Shown here: positions 12,401 through 24,585 of the stretch, in pieces
Numbering within the stretch: the stretch's first letter is position 1
Layout: each line of letters opens with the position of its first letter
Assembly: GCA_002269645.1 (NCBI GenBank)
Contig: NIVC01002898.1
Coordinates: forward strand, 62,001 to 126,000
Length of the DNA: 64,000 nucleotides
Source of the DNA: Macrostomum lignano
Lineage: Eukaryota
Direction: 5' to 3'
Position numbers and translations under genes: made by a program
Notes under the pieces: generated by a model
Database searches by the model: none
Told to the model about the DNA's origin: nothing
The model's input: the letters and a program-made list of their open reading frames with translations, nothing else

Positions 12401-15400
12401 TCCCAACCTAGAGATAATCCTAACCTAGAGATAATCTCAACCTACAGATTATCCAAACCTTGAGATTAACCTTACGATAATCCTTAATCTTAAGATGATT
12501 CTTAATCTACGTTTAGATAAAATCATTTATCTGGAGTTAGCCCTAATCCGAGAATAATTCCATCGCTATTCGCTAATCACACCCAAAATACAATCCTCAA
12601 CCTGGACGTAATCCCTTTATTAAAGAGAATCCCCAGGAATCTCCATCCTTATTTTGAATAAATCCCATGAATTCATTTTTATCCAGCCGCCGCTACGCCG
12701 AACTCGGCTGCCATTCGGACGGTTTTAGTCGACTTGACTATGTCGGCGTTCGCTCCTCGGACAGCGGTGCCGGCGGCACCAATTTCGAGCCGCTGCGTCA
12801 TCGAATCGACCGCCTCCTGGCCAGCAGGCGCGGCCGGAAACCCGACGGAGTTGTCAAGCGTCTTCGCCTGCTGTCCGAGCGGTTCAAAGCTGATGCTAGT
12901 CGAGCCAGCCTGCCCGACACTGCCGATGTCGATATGGACGAGTCGGTCGACTCGGCTGCTGAAGAATACGCCGACGCTGAGAATTTTGTAGCCGCGCCCG
13001 GGCCCCAGCCTGCCGAGTATTTCACCTGCCAGGTTGGTTGGCTAGCATCTCTCTGTACTGCCTTGCTCTCCCTGCCGTAATAATGTAGAATTCCAATTAT
13101 AGGCGCTAGGCGGCACCGGTTGCTGAGTTCTCACTTGTTTGTCAACTGGTCCTAACCTCACCTGGACCTCACCTGTAGATATACACGTAGACACGAAGCT
13201 CTATTTCTTGGTCATTAAGTAGCCAGGTTATGTTCTGGTCATTAAGTAGCCAGGTTATGTTCTGTTCATTAAGTAGCCAGGCTACCATCTGGTCATTAGT
13301 AGCCTGGTCATTAAGTAGCCAGGTTATGTTCTGGTCATTAAGTAGCCAGGTTATGTTCTGTTCATTAAGTAGCCAGGCTACCATCTGGTCATTAGTAGCC
13401 TGGTCATTAAGTGGCCAGGTTATGTTCTGGTCATTAAGTAGCCAGGCTACCATCTGGTCATTAGTAGCCTGGTCATTAATTAGCCAGGTTATGTTCTGTT
13501 CATTAAGTAGCCAGGCTACCTTCTGGTCATTAGTAGCGTGGTCATTACATGTAAGTAGCCAGGTTATGTTCTGTTCATAGCCAGGCTACCATCTGGTCAT
13601 TAGTAGCCTGGTCATTAAGTGGCCAGGTTATGTTCTGGTCATTAAGTAGCCAGGCTACCATCTGGTCATTAGTAGCCTGGTCATTAAGTGGCCAGGTTAT
13701 GTTCTGGTCATTAAGTAGCCAGGCTACCATCTGGTCATTAGTAGCCTGGTCATTAAGTAGCCAGGTTGGTTATGTTCTGGTCATTAGTAGCCTGGTCATT
13801 AAGTAGCCAGGTTATGTTCTGGTCATTAGTAGCCTGGTCATTAAGTAGCCAGGTTATGTTCTGGTCATTAGTAGCCTGGTCATTAAGTAGCCAGGTTATG
13901 TTCTGGTCATTAGTAGCCTGGTCATTTAGTAGCCAGGTTATGTTCTGGTCATTAGTAGCCTGGTCATTTAGTAGCCAGGTTAGGGAGTACGAGATTTGCT
14001 AGCCGAGGTTTGCTAGCCGAAATCTGCTAGCCGAAATTTGCTGACCGAACTTCTTGCCACCGGTGTCAGAAGATTGCTTGTTTTCTGGCAATGGTAATGC
14101 ATGGTTTTAGTTAAAAAAAATCCAGAGAAGTGGGTAAAAATCCCAAATATTCTATATAACTAAAAGCATCAGCATCAGTTCAAGTGCTTGGAAAGTCAGT
14201 TTGTCATTGTGGGGGGATAGAATTCCTTACTAAACTGTCATGGCTAAACATTAGCAGAGAAGGCTATAAAAAGTCTCTAGCTAATAAAACTTCCTGAGTT
14301 CGGCTAGCCAAATTGCTGCTTAATTACCGGTTTTGGTTGGATTCTCACTAGCAGATTTCGGCAAGCTAAATCCTCGCTAGCAAAATTCCTGCTAGCAAAC
14401 TTCGGCTAGCAGATTTCGGCTAGCAAACCTCGGCTAGCAAACTTCGGCTAGCAGATTTCGGCTAGCAGATTTCGGCTAGCAAACCTCGGCTAGCAGATTT
14501 CCTGCTAGCAAATTTCATCGACCCGCCAGGTAATGTTCTGATCATTAGTATATAGAATGGTTTCTGGTCATTAACCATGGTGACTCTGTAATGTTAGTAG
14601 TCAGCCTGTTCAATATTTTAGTCATTTTTAAGGTCATTGAGGTATTCCTGTTTTGTGTCCTTGAACTGCTTGCGTATTACCGGGTATTTTGTTTGCTCAT
14701 CAAAGAAAAAAACTTTCCCCAACTCGCAGACCCGCTGCCTGAGCTGTCAGGCAAAGTGCAGCCAAGCCCAAGGTCACGCTGGAGGTCACGCGATTCGTTC
14801 GGCCGGTCCAGGCGCCGCCGCCACAGCCGAGTGCCGGCAATATGCCCAGCTAGATAACCGTCAGTACATTTGTTTGAGCTGCGAACGGACCCGGGGCAAA
14901 CGCAGCGTAGCCGCCTACATCCTAGAGTCCGGTTTGACCAGCTACGCTTTGCATGGCTACGCTTTGACCTGTTCTCTATGCGGCGTATTGCAGCGCAGTC
15001 GGCAGTATTGGTACGGCAATCAGGATCCGATTGAGGCTGGCCTGGTGCGAGCCGAGTTCGTTCACGTCTGGCCTAACGGAGAAGCGGTTAGTGTGTTGTT
15101 TGTATTAGCTTTTGGGCTGATTAGTACCGCTCTTAAAGTACATTTGGGGATTATTTTAAAGTATATTTAGTGAGCGTTTAAAAGTATATAAAGTATTTAA
15201 AGTACATTTGGCAATTATTTCAAAGTACATTTGGCAAGTATTTTAAAGTTACATTTAACAAGTAATTAAAAGTACATTCAGTGTACATTTAAGTACTTAC
15301 TAATAGTACACTTGGCTTATATAATTTTACGGACTCCTTAAAGTACATTGAAGCACACTCTTTAAATTACATTTAATTTTATTTCTTTTTACTCCATTAT

Positions 15401-17945
15401 GCAATTCAACTTCTGAATTATTCCTTAACCACCTTCAAAAGTACACCAAATCAATACGCATTTCTAAATTAGTTTAGCTCCATGTTTAAGGTGAAATTTA
15501 GCTTCACCTTTCCTTTTAAAGTATGATTTGCATTAGTAACAACTGGAAAAAAGACAAACATTTATTTATTGAAATAATATTTGACAGAGCTTATATTTCA
15601 TTTGTTTTGTGATTACTATCCCACTTACAGACTGAGGCATCGGTAACCCTTCACTTTTTAGTTCGTCTTGCTTTGCATTTGAGTTGCTTTTAGCGCACAA
15701 ATTTTGGTTTGAAATTTTTTACGCGGAGCGTTTGATTTAAATTTAGAAACTTTTTCTGCGCTTAAAATAACAAATAACAACAGATTAGGCGATTTTATTC
15801 CGCAACTAATTGGTTAGTTTAAATGAAACAGATTGATGCATTATTGACATTTTCAATATCATTATAATTGCTGCATTTTTTCTGTTTTGTTGAAGTTATG
15901 TTCGCTTTTTAATTCTACACTTTTGTGCTCTGCTCATGCAGCCTCTTTTTACCATCCTTTTTAATGCCCTCTCCTCAGAGCTAGCCACTCCAATCTACAG
16001 ATCTAGCCACTCCAATCTACAGATCTAGCCACTCCAATCTACAGATCTAGCCACTCCAATCTACAAATCTAGCCACTCCAATCCACAGATCTATTTACTC
16101 CAATCTACAGATCTAGCCACTCCAATCTACAGATCTAGCCACTCCAATCTACAGATCTAGCCACTGCAATCTACAGATCTAGCCACTGCAATCTACAGAT
16201 CTAGCCACTTCAATCCACATATCTATCTACTCCAATCTACAGATCTAGCCACTGCAATCTACAGATCTAGCCACTCCAATCCACAGATCTATCCACTCCA
16301 ATCTACAGATCTAGTCACTGCAATCTACAGATCTAGCCACTTCAATCCACATATCTATCTACTCCAATCTACAGATCTAGCCACTCCAATCCACAGATCT
16401 ATTTACTCCAATCAACAGATCCATCCGCTCCAATGTAGCCACTTAAGTACCCAGATATAGCCTGATGATTGCTTCACTGTTTCAAACCATCATAAAACTG
16501 TCCGTCACCAGGCCACGCCGGATCTGCAGAGCTCGCTAAACGCTGGTCAGCGCTTACTAGAAGGCGTCTCTTACGCATTCGGCACAGTTAGCGCCGTAGC
16601 TGGCGCCGCTCTCCCCACCCGAGCGGTGGCCGACTACATTTCCGACAGCATCGCTCCGGCTAAATGGGTGCCCAATTCTACCATTAAGGAGTGCAAAAGA
16701 TGCCAAACTGATTTGGCTGGCATTGGGGCTCCTAGTAAGCACCACTGCAGAGCTTGCGGCCAGGTGAGTGCGTTGCTTTGAAACTGTCATATTAGTAATA
16801 TAAATAATCATATAATTGATGATACCTGTCCCAATAGGGCCAGGTGTGCAACCGACAGCTCAGCCGCAGCTATTGCGCGGCGCATCTGAAGGCTGCGTAC
16901 GGCTGTTCAATCCAAGGACGGGGGGGGGTCGCCACACACACCCTCAATTACCCCAGCTAATGCTGGCACCCATTTTACAGCTAGGTGAACTGAAGCAATG
17001 CGGAGTTAAGTGTCTTGCTCAAGGGTACAAATTATTCCGAGTGATTAGGCTACGACTCATGTGTGAATTTCATTCAAACTTACTGGTACCTGCAATATCA
17101 AGTCACTCCGACCCAATTCAAATCTACACAACACACTCGCTCCAACACACATTTAATTTTGTTTGTTTGCTACATAAGTTACAACTTTTAAACTGGGGGC
17201 TGTGTGCACCCTGGCGCACTTTAAGCGACATTGTCAGGCATTACTGCCAATTCCGCCGACTCCCCTGAGCAGGCACACACTCACAGGAGTGCACAGCGGC
17301 CCTGACGTTAGGCATGTACACCTCACTGTGCCTTAGAAATTGGCCTTCAAGGCCGTTAATTGCGCGAGCAGAGCCAAACCGAGGTTCCAATTTAGAACCA
17401 AAGTTAATGTGACTGCACTTGGAATGGAGCCTGGGCCATCAGGCTAAGCCTCAAAGACTACTAGCATACCGTCCAGAAATCAGGTATACCGGTGTTTTCT
17501 GCATCCGCAGGGATTCTGTGACCCGTGCAGCAGCAGCCGAGTCCCAGTGATTGGCTACGGGCCTGACCCAGTTCGAGTTTGCATCGACTGTGCTGATAGA
17601 TCGCCTGACCAGGGCCCGCTGGTAGCTCCTGACGACGGCACCCGACTCAGACAGTACAGTGAGCTCGTGTCCACCGCCTGCACAGCCGTCATCACCGGGG
17701 CTGCTGGGGCTATAAAAAGCTACGCCAGGCCGAGCTATTGGCAGCCGGATCACCTGGCTGTACGCTGCGCTGTCTGCCGGACTGAATTCAATCCGCCAAC
17801 TGGCTTGCCGGTGCCTCTGCATCATTGCCGGCTCTGCGGTCTTGGCGTTTGCGATGCCTGCTCGCGCGGCCGCGCCCCAGTGCCATCCAGAGGCTGGGAG
17901 AGCAGCGTCAGAGTGTGCGATAAATGCGTCCAATCGGCTGCCTGA
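9449..17945 (+). CDS. ZFYVE1: Zinc finger FYVE domain-containing protein 1 (DFCP1) orthologue, ~891 aa
   Basis: Exons 9449-10029, 10551-10928, 11688-12014, 12687-13032, 14730-15086, 16512-16763 and 17511-17945 are all GT-AG and phase-consistent (2676 nt). Domains: N-terminal B-box-like Zn fingers; P-loop VVSIVGKTGDGKSHTLN, DTEGL and LLLKVLAISDIVIY; EYFTC..CLSC; two FYVE domains (KHHCRACGQGFCDPC, HHCRLCGLGVCDAC). Confidence 0.95.
10105..10445. repeat. ~21-bp minisatellite (CACATCCCCAGAATCACCCCT), ZFYVE1 intron 1
   Basis: Visible tandem array. Confidence 0.9.
10985..11645 (+). repeat. 28-bp minisatellite (CTCAGTTGCTGGGCCAGCCTCCCAGATT), ZFYVE1 intron 2
   Basis: Period 28 (10993 to 11021). Same family as the eIF5 intron 3 array. 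Confidence 0.95.
12120..12480. repeat. 17/18-bp minisatellite (AACCTAGAGATAATCCC), ZFYVE1 intron 3
   Basis: Period 17 (12241 to 12258). Confidence 0.95.
13205..14580. repeat. 27/15-bp composite minisatellite (GGTCATTAAGTAGCCAGGTTATGTTCT), ZFYVE1 intron 4, split by a foldback insertion
   Basis: Array runs 13205-13982 and resumes briefly after 14525. Confidence 0.9.
13983..14524. mobile_element. Small foldback element with inverted 15-bp subterminal arrays (possibly Mutator-like)
   Basis: Left arrays TTTGCTAGCCGAAA; right arrays are the reverse complement (TTTCGGCTAGCAAA). GGG...CCC ends. Flanks GCCAGGTTA / GCCAGGTAA form a 9-bp duplication with one mismatch. Confidence 0.7.
15975..16440. repeat. 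22-bp minisatellite (CTAGCCACTCCAATCTACAGAT), ZFYVE1 intron 5
   Basis: Visible tandem array. A degenerate AAAGTACATTT array also occupies ~15135-15360. Confidence 0.95.
16960..17030 (+). mobile_element. CORE-SINE central domain
   Basis: CCCATTTTACAGCTAGGTGAACTGAAGCAATGCGGAGTTAAGTGTCTTGCTCAAGGGTACA closely resembles the MIR CORE consensus CCCATTTTACAGATGAGGAAACTGAGGCACAGAGAGGTTAAGTGACTTGCCCAAGGTCACA. Confidence 0.7.
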
Positions 17946-18439
17946 TTTTGTTTGTTTTGAAAAAAAGTGAACGATTAATTTTTTAAGTTACAGTTTGCCT
18001 ACTAACAAGTAGCAGTAGTAGATTGTTATCTCTTTGCCAGCTAACCATCGAAGACAGTCTGGGCCACTGTACACTCTGTGCTAGTGGGTATGGAATGGGC
18101 ATGACTGACTGCTGACTAACACGTATTGACTTTCCTGTATTGATTTCTTGATGGCATTGGTATATTCCTTGTGTGCCTGAACTGGGTGACTTTGGTACTT
18201 TGCGGAATCTTATAAAGTGTCTGGAGAGTATTTAAGATAAAGGAGTTTTTTTTAACTAAAGATAAAGATAATCTTTCGACTGTATTGGAAATATTGATAA
18301 AAATGTATACTCTTGATACTACTTACTTTAGTTAGTAGTTTACTAGTTTTACTAAATGACGACTAATTCTTACTTAATTATTTTTTTATGATGCACAGAT
18401 TTTTTTAGAATAACTAGATGTGTCAATCACATACAAGAT

Positions 18440-19070
18440 TAAAAATAGTAGAGCGTCTACTCATTTTCAGTAGTTTGTCTGCACTATGTAACTTGAATTT
18501 AATGAGGTAGCTAAAATTTCCTTTCCTTTCTCCTGGGTTTGCGGTTTCAAGAGCATACAAACTTAAGAAATGACAAGCATTTAATTCGATGTACACAAGT
18601 GAACGCTAGACGGACGAAATTCGGCCTAGGGGGTGGGGGCAGGCCCAATCTAGCTCAGCCAATAAGCGAGCAGTGAGGAGAGAGGTCAAAGTCAGACGGA
18701 CGAAGCCTGGGGAAAGGCCCAATCTAGCTCAGCCAATGAGCGAGCAGTGAGGAGAGAGGTCAAAGTCAGACGGACGAAGCCTGGGGAAAGGCCCAATCTA
18801 GCTCAGCCAATGAGCGAGCAGTGAGGAGAGAGGTCAAAGTCAGACGGACGAAGCCTGGGGAAAGGCCCAATCTAGCTCAGCCAATGAGCGAGCACTAAGG
18901 AGGGATGTTAAAGTTGAGCCAAGCGGGCAAGAAGACAGCCAAACTGTTTATCGGTATGGCGGGGGGGGCTGGTGCGCCACCCCTTTTCTCTCTTTCTTGC
19001 TGCTGGACTAGGGTTTTTCAAGTTTTGCTGCAATCTTCAGTCTTAGAGTCGGTAAACCATAATTTAGCTC
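18440..19070 (+). mobile_element. Dispersed LTR-like repeat with a 74-bp tandem CCAAT module (copy 1)
   Basis: About four 74-bp units (GGCCC at 18642, 18716, 18790, 18864). Flanks align with 39010-39730, e.g. GCATTTAATTCGATGTACACAA. Confidence 0.75.
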
Positions 19071-19781
19071 GTAACTATCATAGATTAGTGCATGTTTGCG
19101 ATTTACTTATCTCGTTAGTTTATTATCTGTGCTATGATGCAACAATCCCAAGCAATTGTATAAAAAATGAGTTTACTATTACAAAATGCGTCTTTCGCCG
19201 TGGCTTGAAAATGTAAATTCAAAAAGCCCGTATTTAAGCAACCTGTTGTTTATAAAGTTTTCGTTTTAAAGAGTTCATAAAAAATTGTTGAATCACGTCC
19301 TGATATAGTCAGTAGCTTAAAGCTCTTTGATTTCTCTGGAATTTTTGGTTTGTTCAAATCTATCACGCTTTAAATCCTCACTGCACTACTAAACCGATTC
19401 CAGTGGTATTGTCTCCGTTTTTCATCTATTACTCGTATTATCCTGTATTATTATTATCCAGATAAAAGCGCGCGCTTTCAATGAAAAAGGAATATTTTAA
19501 GAAATTTTCTATCTGCTATCTGTGTGTAGGCTGGTGTGCAGGTGATGTACAAAATATTTGTTTTTGTATTGCAGTGATTTACTGGCTCACTCAAAAATAT
19601 TCTCTGTTTTCAAATGGCCTTTTTCATCTTTATAAGTTATCCATTTGTATCGAAAGGATCAAGTTTTTAAGAATTTTTGTTGCCCTTTATTCAGCAAAAC
19701 ATCATTCTCATCTGTTTTTTAATGCGATTCTATCGCTAATTAACTTTGAAAATGTGTGTGCTTAAACTATAATACTGTGTA

Positions 19782-20000
19782 TCAGGTCATCCGGAAAGTT
19801 CTTGGCTCAAGTTGCTCATAATTTTGGCTGTGTTTCTCTTAATATTTAGAAATTTATTTAGACATTTAGCTGGGCTGGGAGGTGCTTGGTTTTATCCCAA
19901 AGCAACTTCTCGCCAACTAAAAAAGTTCTCCAACAAAGTGGAGTTAAAATAAAGTTGATCGTTGTGATTTCTTTAGCAGGAACTTTCCGGTTTGCCCTGA
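19782..20000. mobile_element. 219-bp mariner-type MITE
   Basis: TIR TCAGGTCATCCGGAAAGTTCTTG / reverse complement TCAGGGCAAACCGGAAAGTTCCTG. TA duplication at 19780-19781 and 20001-20002. Confidence 0.85.
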
Positions 20001-21281
20001 TAGCAATGTTTACTATATTGTGTTTACTATATCATACCGTATGTGTATAGTTTCTGATCAAACTGTATTTTTCATCTGTGACTGTAAAGTTTGCGTGTAG
20101 TTTTCTAGCTACTTTATTATTTTAAAAATATCACTGCTTAACTCTCATTGAGATTTATCTGTTAATCTCAGGATTTTACTACGTATAGATAATTGATTCT
20201 GCAAGTTTTTGTGACGAATAACTGAAGCCGTACTCATGACAACAGGCACTAATTAGCAATATAGTATCAGATGCACTACTGCTCGTGATGCGAGTAGTTA
20301 TATATGTTCCTCTTGAGCTGCGCAGATTATAGTATATTGGATTGTATGAAAAACACTGAGGAATGAATGTACAGATAGCTCAACCTTATGGGACATTATG
20401 GTAGTTATTACGGGACAGCGATACGAGTACTTGCAAATAGGAACAGCAGATCAACTATTTCGTGGGGTTCCACAGGAAGGATTTGCAACTCAAAACTCTT
20501 GTCGAGGCAAAGCAACTTTTGCCTTCTGTATACAACCTGGATCCCGCGGTACCAGTTAAGACAGGACTATGAAATAAGGGAGGAAGGAGTGTGGTGTCCA
20601 GGGCCTAGATGTTGCCTTACGCTCGTATAGACCTTAACTATAGACCTCGTATAGAACGTTACGTTCATTCTTCCCGCTCTTCAATTCCCCAGCTGAAAAC
20701 AGGGTGAGGCTAGCTTACACGCTGTTAAAGCAACTATTACGTTTGCAAGGCTTTGTGCACTTTTGAGTCATGTATCTAAATGAAAAAGCTGTGACTTGTC
20801 GTAGATAAAATAGTGATATGCTGTACAAGTGCTACTTACTAAAATACTATAATCTTTTCGGTCCCCATGAAGAATTGTGCAACCTATTTACTGTAAGTGC
20901 TGTAAAAGTAGCACGTGTTTTGATTTTAACAAATTGAAAATCTATATATATGCGTTACTAAATGTGTTTGTTATAACCGCGACAACTATCTGTAGTTTAT
21001 GTTACCATTTGTACACTTGAATCAGCTGAAATATATTTTAAAGTGTGCAATATAAAAAATGAAAGCGCATGTTATTATTAAACTCAAAATTGTATCGCCT
21101 ACTAGTTTAGGTAACTTAAAAAATTGCTCGCGAAAGTTTGCGTTTAAATTTTTTACCCTGCACAGGCATATCGATAAGCAGCTTATGCTGGAGTGGGAGC
21201 TGAGGAATTTTAGACGCTGGAATGTGTTGATAATTCGTACAGTGGGTGCCTTGCTCTCTGCGAGTACTACTCGATTGCAGG

Positions 21282-22305
21282 TGTGATAAATAGGCAATTA
21301 GATAATAGCATGCACGGTGAGCAATTATTTAGGCCCTAGACAAACCTACTTGGAGCGTTCGGAGATTTTAAAGCTATTAATCCTAATCGCCTATCGCCGG
21401 TCGGCGAGTTCTACCAGTCTTCTCCAATAGCCGCAGGTACAGTACAAGAAAATAAAGAACACGAGGGAACACAAACCGGAAGATTTAGAGAGTGATAATC
21501 CTATGTGATACAACTGATAATTGGCTAGACGATTTAATTTGATTATTTCGAGTTACAAGATTCAAGCAATTCGCGACGCAGATAATTAGACTGATGATAA
21601 CGAATAGTAACGATTAATAATAATGATTATATTACGCACTGACAAGCGGATCTCAGCTTGAAGAAGAAGAAGGAGGCACCGAACACAGGACCACGGAGAA
21701 AGACTCCTAACCCCTGGCCTAAGCCAGAACCTACTCTCAAACGAGAGCCCTGCCGAATCGACCGTTCAACGGAGTACCGACTAAATTCTATCGGCACTGC
21801 CCTTCAGTGTAACACTGAGGCCCTCGGGGTCGAGGCCGCGTACTTGATCAGATCCGACAGTCTCTATCTAACCGTGCTTGATAGCGACGACGTCAGACAA
21901 GGATGCCGAATCGTTCCGCTATAAGACTAAAGCGGTTGGGCGGGGAACAAAACACGGACCGGGGTGATGAATTCAGGCGCCTCAAAGCGCGAACCAACAA
22001 GAGGGGAGAAATCGGGCCACCGGCCGGGAAGCTGGACAAGACAAAACCGGGGAAAGAGAGGAGAGAAGTGAGATCCGATTGCCAGATGATACACTTTCAT
22101 ATATAGTCAGAGTCACAACCCCTCAAAACCCCCTCAAGCCGGGTGGTGGTCGTCTGGCCGGCCGCTTGCTTAAGCCGATTTGCACTGTGCCCGCGGCGCC
22201 GGGTAGAATTGAAACTTGCCGCGTGCCAGGGTCCAGGCCGGTTCTGATTGGCTGACCGCGCAAAGCTGGGGCTCGCAGAAAAACTCAACCCTCCGCTGAG
22301 TCACA
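21282..22305 (-). mobile_element. Possible solo LTR / promoter-bearing element
   Basis: TGTGA...TCACA ends. On the minus strand: CCAAT (22247-22251), TATATATGAAAG (~22094-22105) and ATTAAA near 21535. No TSD found. Confidence 0.4.
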
Positions 22306-23763
22306 AAATTGCGTCTAACTCTAACCTGTTTACGCAAAATTGATTCCAACTAACAAGGAAAAAGTACACAAAAAACGCATGACTAAACTAAAGCAAAATA
22401 ACAATTCAATAACAATATAGAAACTAATGCAGTCAATTTACAACAAAATACACGCAAAGATGCTCACACTACACAGGTACCATGGATGAAAAATAAAAAG
22501 GAAAAGAGACATGCAGCTTGTTACGTGTATACATGTATGTCTAAACCTTGAATATCAGTTGGGATTTACGTGGATTTGAATGGAACTCTATTCAAATATT
22601 ATACAATAGCTGCTGCTTGTAACAGTTACAAGCAATTTCTTATCTCAAATTTTTGCCAGAAAATGGCACCGAATTTAACAAAACTATACGAGCGTAGCAT
22701 AGTACTCTGCATGTACACCATTTTATATGCTACAGCTAGAGTACACATACACATGAGACTATAAACGGTATTAAAGAAATAGACAAAAGAAATATAGCAA
22801 TAAATTTGGCATTTAAGAATATGAAGTAAGAAAATAAGTAAAAATACAACTTTGTCAGACGATTAATTGAGGGTGAGATGTACATGTAAAGAGTAATCTT
22901 ACGATAATTGAGATTGGGGTGAGATTGCATGAGTAAAGCCAATTAGACAGCTATGCGCATGCCAAATGTTGAGAAAAAATTAAGGATTTTAGGGGCATGT
23001 ATTAGTAAAGTCGGAAAGTTAATTTACATTACGATCCGATGTAATATGATCGGAAAACATGTATAATGTCATATTTTCCGATCCGGAGTTTGCCGTCAGT
23101 AGTAAGGTAGTAGCCCATCAAACTCTTAATGGATTTACATTTGTCATGCAGATTGTCGATTTGTCCCAGACAGAATCTCACGGATAGATTATCCTTAAAT
23201 TGTGCAAATATCCTCTTGTTTATGTTTTTCACTGTGTGAGATAAAATAAAGACTGCACGAGTGAAGATTCCAATTTTTAAACATTATAGTGGAATTTTAG
23301 TTACATGTAGTTTGGAGTTGTGACAGAAATTAATTGCCTCTCTCCTGCAATGGTTTTTCTCGAAAGAATTGAAAACAAAATTTCATTGACAAACCGTAGA
23401 GTAAAAGTTTAAGTTGTCTCAATAATACTAATTGGTGTTGGCGATAACTAGCATGACAAAATAGAGATCGCGTATGATCGGCGGCCACGCGTGTACGGCA
23501 GACTGCCGTTTAAATAAATTTGATTATATTTTAACGTACGTACAGCGGTGTCTGCTACAAAGTTTCATGAACGTCTCAAAAAAACCAGGTAGAGCTAAAT
23601 AGGCAGTCAACTTTTTTGATGGTATTTGATTCAGTAGTTTGTTTTATACATGATTTTTGCGCAACTTTTTAAACTGTCTTGCTCTTTCATATTATCGAAC
23701 CAGAATCGTTTTGAAGCTTTTCATATTGTCTGTTCCGTTTTCAGAATCGGTTCCAGAACCCTG

Positions 23764-24585
23764 GGGCCCGTGCTATAGAATACTCTTTAACTCCTAAATC
23801 CTTAAGAGTGTCCTAACTCCTAGCTCCTAGCTGGCTTTTCTGTGCTATAGAATCAAGAGTAAATTTTAAGAGCTAGGAGGCTCCTTAAGGACGTTAGGTC
23901 TTAGGAGACTCCTGGGTGAATTTAGGAGAACTCATTAAGGTCCGTGGCATGCTATAGAATTAGGAGAGGAAGTCTAGGAGCTAGGAGCTAGGATTTGGCT
24001 TTTAGGAATGATTCTAGGAGCGTGTGTCCTATAGAATGAGAAAATTTTGCTCCTAACTCTTGACTACTAAGCAAGAGTTCAAGGGCCAATTTTCACTCTT
24101 AGACAAGCTAGGATTATAATGTTTTTGGACAGCGAATCGGATTCTGATAAGGAAGGAGTCAATGATAGACGCCGTCGACAATTTTTCCTTTGCTCTTCAT
24201 ATTTCCCCATACTTTGTCATGGACATATTGCTAGTCCTTTCCTTGCGGAGTTGGGTCAAAGCCAAACTTTTCATGGCATTCCAATATCACGTCTTGCCAC
24301 ATAGCAATCTTCGCATTCTTGTTATAGTTGTACTAAATGCACTAAAGAGAACCTCTTTGCGTGCAGCGATGGTTCTCACAAATGATATTTTTGAGCAATT
24401 TGCATTTTCACTCCTAAGATTCAATCCTTAAGGACTGTAGTTAGGATTGTGATATAGCACACAACTCTCTATCATCCTTAAACAATTGCACAACACTTCT
24501 TGAACACACCCCAACTCCTAGGCTGCATTCCTTGCAAGAACTCCTAGCTCCTAACTCCTGACTCCTGATTCTATAGCATGGGCCC
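23764..24585 (+). mobile_element. PIF/Harbinger deletion derivative (822 bp)
   Basis: TIR GGGCCCRTGCTATAGAAT. 3-bp TSD CTG (23761-23763, 24586-24588). Many CTAGGAG/CTCCTAG subterminal motifs. Internal acidic-then-basic ORF start MFLDSESDSDKEGVNDRRRRQFF. Confidence 0.85.

Noticed and set aside
16455-16500. CTGATGA hammerhead cores (also ~21592 and several on the minus strand)
   Set aside because: No properly placed GAAA or flanking helices were visible.
16816-17268. 150-aa ORF or extra exon in ZFYVE1 intron 6
   Set aside because: FYVE1 is completed correctly by splicing 16763 to 17511; the ORF overlaps the SINE core and has no domain.
23029-23232. YYIGS suggesting a GIY-YIG endonuclease
   Set aside because: The motif ends at a stop codon; no upstream GIY/VY-x-I-x-C pattern and no RT nearby.
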